NCBI GenBank assembly: GCA_009602735.1
Contig: WELA01002297.1
Coordinates: forward strand, 124,001 to 146,900
Direction: 5' to 3'
Source of the DNA: Mesotaenium endlicherianum
Taxonomy: Eukaryota
DNA: 22,900 nt
Part shown: in pieces, positions 10,209 through 20,937 of the stretch
How positions within the stretch are numbered: the first letter of the stretch is position 1
Layout of the letters: each line of letters opens with the position of its first letter
Position numbers and translations under genes: made by a program
Notes under the pieces: model-generated
Seen by the model: only the letters and a program-made list of their open reading frames with translations
The model's database searches: none
Told to the model about the DNA's origin: nothing

Positions 10209-10218
10209 TTTTTATGTA
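10209..10218 (-). promoter_or_regulatory. TATA-like box (TACATAAAAA) of a putative internal ORF3 promoter
   Basis: Followed ~20-45 nt downstream by CA/pyrimidine-rich ACACAATCACACTCACATTCAC, then the splice donor. Confidence 0.4.
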
Positions 10219-10246
10219 GGGCCTCTTTTGTGCCGAGCAGTGAACA

Positions 10247-10360
10247 CCCTCCAACTTAAATGAAAGTGGGTCCCATCAGTCACTACCGTCACCTTCCCAT
10301 CAATTAACTGTCACTTTCCTCCAACTTAAATGAAAACAGGACCTTCTGTCACCTTCCCAT
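10247..10360 (-). repeat. Imperfect tandem duplication containing two PPT-like copies
   Basis: CCTCCAACTTAAATGAAA at 10248-10265 and 10318-10335; GTCACCTTCCCAT at 10288-10300 and 10348-10360; 10247-10259 is identical to 1727-1739. Confidence 0.85.
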
Positions 10361-10407
10361 GTCAACTGAAATGACAGTTAGGGTGATTTACCAGCTTCCC
10401 GAAGGTG

Positions 10408-10563
10408 AAAGCGTTTGAGAGCGCCTTTTGCGTTGACCAAGTGATCTTTGAATTCCCATGTGTCCCCAGATGCATCATACCCTTTCCACCGGACCAAGTA
10501 TTTCATGACATATTTAGAAGATCGACGGACAGATCGAGCTTCCAAAATTTCAATCACCTCATA
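10408..10563 (-). other. Chromodomain at integrase C-terminus (outer element)
   Basis: YEVIEIL...YLVRWKGYDASGDTWE with the three aromatic-cage positions (Y, W, Y) of group I chromodomains. Confidence 0.92.
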
Positions 10564-13500
10564 TTCATCAGGGTCACCATTGCGGACAGGAGGGACCGGT
10601 CCCGGTTGGACAGGTAACCGACCTGTGAACAGTTTGTCAACCTTGATGTATGGTTCTAGGAAGGAGACATTAAAGACAGGGTGACCCTTGTAGTCAGCTG
10701 ACATGTTCAGTTTATATGCATTCTGACCGACTCGGCGGACCACCGTATATGGACCGACCCAGACAGGTCTAAGCTTTTTCTTAACCACTCCAGGTAGGTA
10801 CAGGTGTTGAGCATGCAGTTTGACTAGATTCCCTTTGGAAAATGTCAGATCCCGACGGTGTTGATTGGCATATTTTTGTTGGTTTTCTTGAGCTGTAATT
10901 AGATTCTGTTGGACCTCTGACAGAGTGTCAGCAAACTCTTGAGTCAGCTCAAGGAATGCCGGATTGTCAATCCCCTTTGGATTGGTCAATGACTTCCCTA
11001 GGACATCCAAAGGTGACTTAGGGACCCTGCCCAGACTGAGTTCAAACGGAGACTTCCCCGTTGACACATGGACCGCACTATTGACAACAAACTGAATCTG
11101 TGGCAATAGGTCATCCCAATTGTTTTGTTTTTGATTAATATAAGTTCTCAGCACCTCCTGAAATTCTCTCAGTCTGCCCATCAGTCTGAGGGTGGTTTGC
11201 TGTGCTGAGAAGCTGTTTGACTCCCATCAACCCCATTAGAGGTCTCCAAAACTTAGAGGTGAATTTTGAGTCTCTATCTGATATGATGTTAGAGGGTAGC
11301 CCATGTTGGCATACCACATGATTATAAAATTGTCTCGCAGTTTTGAGAGCAGTTACCTTCCCAGTGATGAGTATAAAAATGACCACTTTTGTCAGTTTAT
11401 CCACTACTACCAGAATAGAATTATGTCCATTCTCAGTTCTCGGTAGTATCACTATCCAGTCCATGGAAATGGTTTCCCATCTTCCTGCTGGTATAGGGAG
11501 TGGTTGCAATAGCCCTCCAGGGAGAGTGTGTCGAGATTTATTTCTCTGGCACTGATAATATGACTTAACATATTTTAAGACCTCCCTGGTCAAACCTATC
11601 CAATGGTAGTGTTTTGCCAGTTTGCCAACAGTTTTGGCCTGCCCCAAATGTACACCCAGGAAGGTGTCATGTGCCTGACTCAGTAGGAGCGACCTTATTT
11701 CCAGGTTATTAGGAATGACCAACTTCAGCCTGCCTGAAGTGGTTTAGTTACCCAGATCCCCCCTTTGAGCTTATACCCAAGTGCAGTAGCAGGACACACA
11801 CCATCCGTGGGGCTTGGCTCAAATGTTGGGTCAGAAAGGTTGGCTTTCCTAAGTTGTTCAAGGAAGGATTTTTTCGCCTTAAGTGAAGTGAGTGCACAAA
11901 GGACTTTGTCTACAGCATGCTGATCAAAGTTCCTTTCTTGCAAGTCAGGTCTTCTAGAGAGTGCATCAGCAGGACTCAACTTCCCTGGTTTGTAGTCAAT
12001 CTGGACTTGGAACTGCTCCAGCATCTGGCTCCAGCGGTTCTCCTTCCTCGACAGCTTGGACTTCTTCTGAAAGTGAGTCAGAGCTAGATGATCTGTAATC
12101 ACCTTAAAGGCCTTACCATGTAAGTATGCTCTCCACTGTTTGAGCACATGAATGATAGCTAGCAACTCTTCATCATGCACTGAGTAATTAATCTCCGCTG
12201 GATTAAATTTCATAGATTCGTACAACACAGGGCGCCACTCCTGCCGTACCTTACCATCCTTTGTGGTTTTGTCAGCAGGCTGCAACAAAATAGCACCCAT
12301 GGCAAAGTCAGAAGCGTCAGTAACCACTTGCACAGGTTTGCTGGGGTTATATACAGCGAGAACAGGGGCAGAACATAGGGCATCTTTAAGGGTCTGGAAG
12401 GCAGCTTGCTGCTCTTCCCCACACACATAGCCTATGTCCTTTTTAGTAAGGTCAGTCAGTTTACTGGCCTTGGTGGAGTAATTTTCAATAAATCTTCTAT
12501 AATTGTTAGCCAACCCAAGGAAGGACCTAACTCCTGAGACAGATTGAGGTACTGACCAGTCCCTTATGGTCTGGACCTTCTTAGGATCAACACTGATGCC
12601 TTCCTTACTGATAACATGACCCAAGAATTCTATACTCTCTTTAAAGAAATCACATTTGCTCATTTTAACATACAATTGATTCTTTCTGAGAGTATCCATT
12701 ACTATTTTCAAGTGTTCAGCATGCTCAGCTTCATTCTTAGAAAAGATCAAAATATCATCCAAAAAGACTTGCACAAACTTATCCAAATAATGTCTGAAAA
12801 TGTTATCATAGTACCCATGAAGGTAGCAGGAGCATTGGGCAGACCAAAAGGCATCACATTGAACTCATAATGTCCATAGCGTGTGCGGAAGGCCGTCTTG
12901 TGTTCATCCCCTCAGCAATTCTGATTTGATGATACCCACTCTTCAGATCAATTTTATTGAACACTTTAGCACCAGACAGTGTATCAAGCAGATCCTCGAT
13001 CTGGGTAAAGCATACTTGTTCTTTACAGTAATTTGGTTCAGAGCTCTGTAATCAACACACATCCGCATACTGCCATCCTTCTTTTTAACAAATGAAATGA
13101 GTGCGCCATAAGGTAATTTACTAGGAGAATTATAACCATTCTCCTCCAGCTCTGCAATTTGTGTTTTTAACTCTTCACTCTCCACATAAGACAAGCCATA
13201 AGTGCGTTGCCAAGGAGGCTGACTCCCAGGTATAAGATCAATCTTATGAACTACCTCCCTCTTAAGAGGTAATCCTAGAGGCATGTTAAAAACGTCATCA
13301 TAATGAGCAACAATTTTTACAGCAGTAGGGTGCTCCGGAGGGCTTACCTTTTTCTCAACCACTTCTTCAGGTTGAGGAGGTACCTCTAGCAGTAGACAAA
13401 ACATTCTGTCCTCCTTCTGGTTCCAGCTCTGCATGAACTCCATTGCATTCAGCAACTTGCATCCTCTTGGAAGCCTTTCTCTTTCCTTCATTTGCCATGC

Positions 13501-14144
13501 ATACAGGACAAGAGGAAGAGCACTGGTGGGTGCCAAGTTAGTCTGCCCATCACTGGCTCCTCTCACTTTAACTGTACCTCTGCTCCAACACACTTCGGCT
13601 TGATGTCTATTCAATCAGGACCTCCCTAGCACGAGATCATAAAAGCCAGTGTTGAGTACCTCAAATGCAAGCGTTTCAGTTAGAACTGCAATGCCAGAAC
13701 CTAACTGGACCTCAATAGGCTTGGTTATAATTCCTCTCGAGATACTTGAGGCATCTCCAAGAAATATCTTTCTATTCCCTTGGGTGACAGTAGGCAACCT
13801 TAGTTGCTTAACTAAGTCCTTATGGATAAAAGTATGTGACGCCCCTCCGTCAACAAATGCTCTCACCTTCCTACCTGCGATCATGCAATGCAGTAGGATA
13901 GTGGGCACTGATTTTTCCTGACTTTCGCATTGTTCTCCTGACTTTGCAAAGAAATGTTGGACATCAGGTGGAACAAGACCATCCAGAGTGTGCACTCTCT
14001 GGAGATCTATATTGCTGATGGTCTCCTTTATCTAGTTGTCAGGCATGCATAGTGAATTCAGTTCAGCAGGACCCATAATACCTGCTACGAGGGTAGCTAG
14101 CGACGACTCACTACCTCTAGCATCCTCATAGTTAGTAGATTAGA

Positions 14145-15617
14145 TTACTGACTGTTGCTGTCTTTTAAAGGCTGATCCTTTCTCTCGACCCTCGGAAGGT
14201 TCTTACCAGGACATTGTTCTCTGTAGTGACCCAACTTCTGGCAATGGTAGCAAGTGGATTTTGCTGAGGCTGGTCTCGGCTTAGTCCTTCCACCACCTCT
14301 TCCATAGCCACCACGAGAGTAGCCACCCTGACCTCTGGACTGCATAGCATTGTACTCATACTCATGCTCCTCATACTGGTCATCCTGAGCCTGGTCTCCT
14401 TCAATAGCATTGTAGGAACCATGGGGCTTTTTGACCACCTTAGACACCAAAGCACTACTCTGGCGTTTGTGATTGAACTGTTGTTGATCCCAAGCATCAG
14501 TATCTTGGATCAAGTCAGCCAATGCCTTATACTTCTTCTCAGCAAAGTGGCCTGAGACCTCAGTTTTCAAGCCAAACCTGAAGTATGCTATCCTGTACTG
14601 TTCCGTCAATTCCGATTGTTTCATCATGTTCTCCTAGAACCTCTGAGCATACTCAGCAACTGAAGTAGTCTGCTTCAGTGTCAAGGAGATCATCGCATAG
14701 ATAGCTTTCTCTTGCTGATTGATGACATCAAACTTCTCATGCAAGAACCCAACAAACTCTACCCATGTTGGGTCACGGAGTTCTTTCTCTTACCTATCTT
14801 TCTTCCAGTAAAGCCACCATTCTACTGCACTGCCTTTTAGTAGAGCACCGATATGCCTTATTTTCTCATGATCTTCCAGTTCTGGATAGTTTTCCAGCCA
14901 CTGATCTACATCAGCGAGGAACTTGATCAGATAGTACTTTTTGTTTCTCTCAGGATCAATCTCCTGAGGAGGTTTTGGCTTGGGCCTAATAGGTCCCCTG
15001 CCTCCACCAGTAGCCTGTGAACCCAGTTGGTCTCTACTACGCATCATATCACGCAGGGCTCTTCTATCCTCCTGTTGAGCTTCATACATCATCGCCAATT
15101 GCGATTGCATTTGCACAACCAGGGCACCCACGTCCACAGCCCGAGGTGGCAAGCCAGCAAACGCAACAGCAGTAGCATTAACTTGAGCAGCAGCCGCTTC
15201 GGCATTCCCTCTTGTTGCTGCTTCAGCTATTCCTGTTGCACTCAACTGCCTTTGAATGCGAGCAAGAGGGACAACTGTAGGTACAGTAGGAGGTTGGTTT
15301 TGGAGAGCAGCCATTTCTGCCATTTGCTCCTCTACCGTCCTTTCCTGCGTAACTCTTCGGTTGACTCCTTCTATGTCTGCTACCTCTTTAGCAAGACGCT
15401 CGGCTTCTACTCTGAGTCTTTCGTCTTCAGCCTGCTGGGCTGCTACTAAGGCTATGGCTTCAGCTTCCTCTTCAGTCTCTCTAGCCTTTTTAGCTGCCAC
15501 TACCTCCGCATAAGTCTGGGATTGAGCATCTTCCTCAGCTCCTGGAGCTGCGGCGTTCTCGTCATGCTCACCCTCCATATTACCGGAGTTGCTAGTTTGA
15601 GACCGGGTCGATACCAT
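14145..15617 (-). pseudogene. gag: gag of outer element (490 codons, two in-frame stops)
   Basis: MVSTRS start close behind the PBS; LKGSAVEWW, TWVEF, LKQTTSVAEY motifs; CYHCQKLGHYREQC knuckle at 14252-14211; TAA 14792 and TAG 14636 interrupt one frame. Confidence 0.93.
14163..14169 (-). other. Candidate -1 ribosomal frameshift heptamer T TTA AAA at gag-pol junction
   Basis: X XXY YYZ pattern in the gag frame 5 codons before the gag stop; the -1 frame is the protease frame. Confidence 0.65.
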
Positions 15618-15633
15618 ACAAGAGAACTGTAAT

Positions 15634-15651
15634 AACCTCGCTCCGATACCA
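15634..15651 (-). other. Primer binding site, tRNA-iMet type (TGGTATCGGAGCGAGGTT)
   Basis: 1 nt after the 5' LTR; 16/18 match to land-plant iMet PBS TGGTATCAGAGCCAGGTT. Confidence 0.92.
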
Positions 15652-15652
15652 C

Positions 15653-16359
15653 TGAAATGAATCGACTTACCAATAGGCGATTACTAATTAATAAAGATCT
15701 TTTAATCAGCAAATAATCTTTATGGTATTTCTGTTAACTCAAATAACAGCAAAAGACATTACAACTAGCAATGAGCGACATTCAAATGCAAGTAACGAGC
15801 ATCAATCATGCAATCAGTAAACTCATACATAAGCAAGGTTAATAAGCAATTCTTGTAACGGCTCGTCGCCTTGGATTCACATGTTTCTCTCAGTAAGCTG
15901 TACAGAGAGTTGGCGTTGTTTGCGAATGCCGAACTCGGTAACGTTCCTAGCATATGTACATGGAATGAGTTTACTGTTCAACGGCCAGTGCGATGGCACC
16001 ACCTACCCGGGAGTTAACCATGTTAGTAGGACCTCGGTTAACCAAATCCACAGCCATCTCCCATCATCCCGAATCGCCATCCACCTAAGGTGTCATCTGG
16101 CCATTCATCTAGCACACCAAACTTAGATGCATATCTAGGCAGTTCACTGATACCGCTTAAGGCGGTCAGCTGGTTGTCAAAGAATGTCTCAGCAAGCTGA
16201 CTTAAAAGGACTTCAGCCTGCTGCTATCGGCTGAGTCATTATTTGAATATAACTAAAAGTCCAACAGACTCAATATTAACTAAAATTCAGCATACTGAAC
16301 TTTATTTAAGGATTATATTTAAATGAATATTATATCTATCAATATACTGATTCATTACA
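15653..16359 (-). repeat. 5' LTR of outer element (707 bp)
   Basis: Direct repeat of 1016-1724, adjacent to the PBS. Confidence 0.97.
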
Positions 16360-16364
16360 CAATA
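16360..16364. repeat. Target site duplication of outer element (right copy, CAATA)
   Basis: Follows ...CATTACA; matches 1011-1015. Confidence 0.93.
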
Positions 16365-16399
16365 TGAATATTCCAAAAATTTAATGGATCAATATTGGT

Positions 16400-17700
16400 C
16401 AAAATTTCCATTGACGTTCTTGCGAAGTATATTATACGTTGTACTTGGCCATTGGTGATGGGAATGTATCACCAGGTACAGAATACGGACGAAGCCTTAA
16501 ACTACTTCCAAGGCGCGCTACGTGTCATTCAAGTTCACAGTGATAGGTAAGGCACCTACTAAATTCACGGAACTCATAAAAATTATCTTCAAATTTTATA
16601 TGATCCAATTTGTTGGAGTATGTTTACACGATATACCAAAGTTATTCAAAGACTCTTGTAAAACATGTGGAATATTTGAGAAATATGTTCAAGGTCTTAA
16701 GTGGTAAGAAGTTATATGGGAAGATGAACAAGTGCAACTTCCGCCTCAAGAAATTTGAGTTTCTTGGGCACATAGTGGCAGGTGAAGAAGTCAAGGTGGA
16801 GCAAAAGAAGGTCTGAGCAAACAGGTGCTTGGTAAAATACGTCAACTCAGGGTTTTCCTCGGCATGATAAGTTATTATTAGGGCTTCATTAAAAAGTTTG
16901 TCTTGGTTTGTGGACCAGTCAGAGACCTGTTAAAGAGGGAAGAGAAATGGCTATGGGTGACAAGGAGCAGCAAGCCTTTGAGTAGGCTAAGGTGTTATTG
17001 ACACAAGCATCTGTGTCGGCAATTGCCAATCCAAAATTTCCTCTCACCATCATCACAGATGCATAAGACTTTGCTGTCGGAGCCATTCATCTCCAGCACC
17101 AAGAGAAGGAACGAGCATAAGTATGCCTCACACGAGCGAGAGAAATTCACTATTATTCAGGATATAAGGATCTTGGCAATGTTATGTGGACGGTCAGAAG
17201 GTGCTGATTAAGACCGGCTACAAAAGCTTGGAGACATTCATGACGCAACAGACGTTGACACCAGACACGCAAGGTGGATGAAATTTGTGCAACATACCAC
17301 AAGATTGGATCAAACCTGCAAACGCTTGTCCAGGAGATATGACCTTGCACCTGTCTCAGTGACCAAAGAGACTTTGGACTTCAAGAAGAAGCTTAAGGAA
17401 GCTTACGAGGAGGACCCAAAGTTTGTTGACGGTGGAGTTGTTGAGTCCAACTCAAGTATGCAGGAGAAGGACGCCATATGGTATTATGCTGATTCCAAGA
17501 GAGTGGTGGAACCTGTTCTCAAGGAGCTATTAGACTTACTACTTGCGCAACATCATAATTGCTTATATGCTGGACACTTGAGCAACGAGAAGACGGCAAG
17601 CTTGTTGGAGCAGGAAATTATTGGAATAATATGGCCGGACAAGTTCATTGAAGAGTCAATCAAGAAATGGGATGCATGCCAAAAAACAAGACACGAAATC
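16400..17700 (+). pseudogene. pol: Ancient, highly degenerate Gypsy pol relic (RT, RNase H, integrase zinc finger)
   Basis: Across frames: GMYHQV, SYSKTLVKHVEYLR, KLYGKMNKCNF, EFLGHIV, FLGMISYY, EQQAFE, ITDA*DFAVGAI, HHNCLYAGHL...WDACQK. Boundaries approximate. Confidence 0.85.
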
Positions 17701-18445
17701 GAAAGAAGGGGGTACCTTGCAATTTCTGTTGAATTATACTTAAGTCATGTCGAGAAGTTCCCAAGCCCTCACCCTTTACACATGTGGTTAACCATCAGAT
17801 TTTGACGTTCTCAACTAAATATTTTTGCCACAAGAAATTTGTATGTACAGCTGAAAAAATATTCCTCTTTCATTTGGAGCTCAATGTCATGGAGCTTGTC
17901 AATGACTATTATCTATTGTTCATATTCTCATTCGGTACTAATTCCTAGTAGGGACTTGACCTTCTAGGTGCAAGAGCAAGTTTTCTCCCTCTCGTATCTT
18001 CTTGCGACCATAAGTCGCAACATCTTCATCATCAAACTGAGCTAGGTCACAAATTCCAAGCTTGAGGGGGGGTGAACCATACGCCTGTTTCTGTCGGTCA
18101 GCGTATCCAAGAGGTTGACTTGCACACTCTTGGCGCTCGCCACACCTGAGCTGGTCGATTTTCCTACGGACGAGTACCTGTTTTTGTAACAAGCGCTCGC
18201 AGGGAAGAGCCAGAATCGCGCCACAAAGTCAGACCCCATTTCTGCTGTCATTCGAACGGTCAAGGAATTTGAAATGAAACTGTATGTGATACGCGAGCTT
18301 CATGTTGTCGAACTCAGTGCTCACTACTTATACTAGGTGGAACACTAGAATTATCAGTCGTTTTTTGTATCGGGCATAACGGACTGGGGGTGGGGTCTTG
18401 CATATCGTTCTTCACTTATACCTCTCACGGATGACTAAGTGAGGG

Positions 18446-18575
18446 ATGGAATTCAAAATACCTAATAAAATAGAGGAGCTGGAAGATGGCGCTTATGAAG
18501 GACAATATTTATGCGTCAAGTCTCGAACTGATTTTTCCGAGTTAGTGCCCGAAGATGCCACAAGTTTCGTGCGAG
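18446..18575 (+). CDS. CAP-D2: Condensin I subunit CAP-D2 (NCAPD2/Cnd1), coding exon 1
   Basis: MEFKIPNKIEELED...DATSFVR; donor G/GTATGT; phase fits exon 2; resembles the plant CAP-D2 N-terminus as recalled. Confidence 0.8.
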
Positions 18576-18687
18576 GTATGTATGAGAGGTAGAATTACTA
18601 GGTAATATAATGGCTGACAATTTTATAATGTTTCTTTTTTGAGGCTGCGTGACAGACAATCTGAATGGTGCTTGTTTCCTTTTACAG

Positions 18688-18769
18688 AGCTGACCTTTGA
18701 GCTTTCGAACAAGGAGGTACTCTGCGTGGAGGAACAGGACGTCTTTGACAAATTGCACTCCGTTGTCAG
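18688..18769 (+). CDS. CAP-D2: CAP-D2 coding exon 2
   Basis: TTTACAG acceptor; ELTFELSNKEVLCVEEQDVFDKLHSVVR resembles plant FDLSDRELFCVEDQDVFD motif; donor AG/GCAAGT. Confidence 0.87.
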
Positions 18770-19174
18770 GCAAGTTTTCAGACCTTATTTCGTAGGATAC
18801 AAGGAAGTGGAGCTTGGCATTCCATACGTTCAGATACTAGCATGTCTCTCAAACATGAAACATATACTATGACACATTCTAAAATAGTTTGGATACAATG
18901 GCAGAGAATTACCGTCCTCGTACACCTGCTGATACCCCAAAATGACAGATCAGACGTTCCCATCCGCCTCCTCAGTCATGGTCAACTTAGGTTTTCAACA
19001 AGATGATTGTTGAGAGCTAAGGGGCTTTTCAGTGTAAGTACGTTTTTCCAGTAAGAAGATAATCTTAGTCTGCGGGACAATGTGTGACGCAACATCGGCA
19101 AAACATGTCATACAGCTGACCTGATAGTGCTCCATCAGTCAGCTGACCTGCCCCCCCCCCCGGTGTCCTTGCAG

Positions 19175-19439
19175 GGACTTTGAGCTGCTTGAGCCGAGCA
19201 ACAAGAGCCATATACTTGATGGCCTCTGTTCAAATCTCACCTGCCTCATACCTTCCATCTCGTCCCTCTGCTCCACGCCCTCAGAGACGTCAGAGGACGC
19301 AGCAGCTCTGAGCGATGCCATACAGTCCCACAGAAATGCCCTCAAGATATACACCTACTTCCTGCACTGCATATACCTGACGGGGGAGAAGGGAGCAGCC
19401 TCTGCTGCAGCGGAGGCAGTGCCAGTCAAGCCCGGCAAG
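19175..19439 (+). CDS. CAP-D2: CAP-D2 coding exon 3
   Basis: CCTTGCAG acceptor; LCSNLTCLIP and SHRNALKIYTYFL motifs; donor AAG/GTGTGG. Confidence 0.9.
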
Positions 19440-20001
19440 GTGTGGCCTCCGCTTCCCCGCTCCAGCACCCGAGCACAAAATTCTTCTGAAGTTTGTGCCA
19501 AGGAGTGTGCGAGGGAGTCAGCTCTGACATCTGAAGGAGAGGAGAGGCTGCTGAAGGGAGACTTAGCAGGGGCCAGTACTAGCGTGGCTGCAGTGGCAGT
19601 GCTCTCCGTCTGTGCCAAGGGGCTGGCCCTGGAGAAAGCTCCCAGGCTCCTGCGGCCCTAAGCCCCGCTGCAAGAGAGGGCCATGTGGTGATGGCTGTGC
19701 TGCTAGCATACACTTTCAGGGTGCCCTGCGCAATTCTGTCTGTGACGAGCGTGTGGGTCATCGACGTTGGGAGCTTGCCATGAGTGGTGTTGGCAAATTT
19801 TGTCTTTTTGTTTGATGTTTTGATGGTTGAAAGGAGAGGGTAATGTTGGCAGCAGGGATGAATGGCATCACTGCATCGTCTCGGCTGCCGTTTCGAGATG
19901 CAACTACGTAGACAGCAAGCAGGCGTTTGCGCCACTCGCTGCTGAATTGACCCGACTTGACCTGCGGTGGACCGCTCCTCCGGCCTTGCCTGAATCCGCA
20001 G

Positions 20002-20165
20002 GGGCGGCAAACGAAGAAGAGGCATGTGGCAGCCGGGTGGGACTGGGAGATACAGCGGACGGCAGTGATGCGCCCCCTGGCCCTGGCGGCCGCCCTGGAC
20101 AACGACCTGCTGCAGCTCTTCCGCGGCGCCAAGCCCGACGAGGCCCTCGTCATGCTCTTCCAAAT
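20002..20165 (+). CDS. CAP-D2: CAP-D2 coding exon 4
   Basis: CCGCAG acceptor; WDWEIQR...DLLQLF...PDE; donor AT/GTACGC; phase fits exon 5. Confidence 0.87.
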
Positions 20166-20172
20166 GTACGCC

Positions 20173-20226
20173 GCCTGCCTGCCTGCCCGTCTGCCTGCCT
20201 GCCTGCCTGCCTGCTGCTGCTGCTGC
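20173..20226. repeat. Intronic microsatellite (GCCT)n then (CTG)n
   Basis: Directly visible. Confidence 0.85.
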
Positions 20227-20937
20227 TTGTGCGAGGGGCACACGCCGCTGCTTCAGCCCTAAGTTACGGAACTCGCCAAGCGCGTGGCACTACGAGCAGC
20301 CCACGCTGGCGCGCACTCCCTTCCAGATGTCATTGCGAAACAGGCAGGCGGAGCGGTGTGCGAGGGGGAAGACTTCATCCACGCCTCCGGCTCTGGGGCC
20401 TCAGTGGCAAGGGAGTACGCGCAGCTCTATGCAATGGATGCTGAGACTGCTCAGCAATTTTCAGCGAGGCCCAGTCTGCGTAGGTCCTTGGCTGAGTTGG
20501 GCCGACCCAAGTTACTGTCCCAACCCTGGCACTTGCAGGGCCAGCAGACTGCTCTAGTGAGGAGGGGGGGGAGGAGGGGAGGGAGGGCTTGCGTGGGCTG
20601 CCCTAGGCGCGGAGTGGCATGCTGCGGGGACGTAAGTGCCCGCAGTGGCGAACCAAGCGTGCTGCGTGCGTGGCGTTCACTATACCGTGTTAGGACACGG
20701 AAAGGGCGAGAGTCATATGCAGCGCTTTTGACGTGTTGGCGCCTCCTCTGCACGCCCGTCGGGGACAGGGCCTCCTTAACGTGCTCGGGCCAGGGCTGTC
20801 TCGCCCCATCTTGGCTGCCCGCCATGCGCGTAGTCCCCCCTCCGCTCACCTTCCACGCCGCCCTCTCACAACAGCCAGCCTGTCGACTCTCGTCCCGTGC
20901 TGCCACGTGGCGCGATGGGGGGCGGGCGGGCGAGCAG

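Larger units (their letters stand above)
10378..14169 (-). pseudogene. pol: pol of outer element (protease, RT, RNase H, integrase, chromodomain), disrupted
   Basis: FVDGGASH (13851), [15 protein letters not shown] (12765-12754), [32 protein letters not shown], chromodomain; stops at 14142, 14034, 13617, 11727 and frameshifts near 13000, 12910, 12790, 11170. Confidence 0.95.
1016..16359 (-). mobile_element. Outer Ty3/Gypsy chromovirus LTR retrotransposon, full length, decayed, with extra ORF; contains a nested element
   Basis: Two ~708-bp TG...CA direct repeats, 5-bp TSD CAATA, PBS, PPT, gag with zinc knuckle, pol domain order PR-RT-RH-INT-chromodomain on the minus strand. Confidence 0.97.

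Noticed and set aside
10247..10360. CRISPR-like array
   Set aside because: Only two imperfect units, eukaryotic retroelement context, no cas genes.
17938..18263. Minus-strand ORFs, an RDLTF-like integrase remnant and a G-run followed by TG at 18064-18074 as relic PPT/LTR
   Set aside because: Matches too short and no partner LTR found in the window.
18255..18382. Two AACGG (MSA-like) motifs upstream of CAP-D2
   Set aside because: Fits a mitotic gene but 5-mers at this density can occur by chance.
18639..18872. Possible degraded RT fragment
   Set aside because: Better explained as CAP-D2 exon 2 with valid splice sites and phase.
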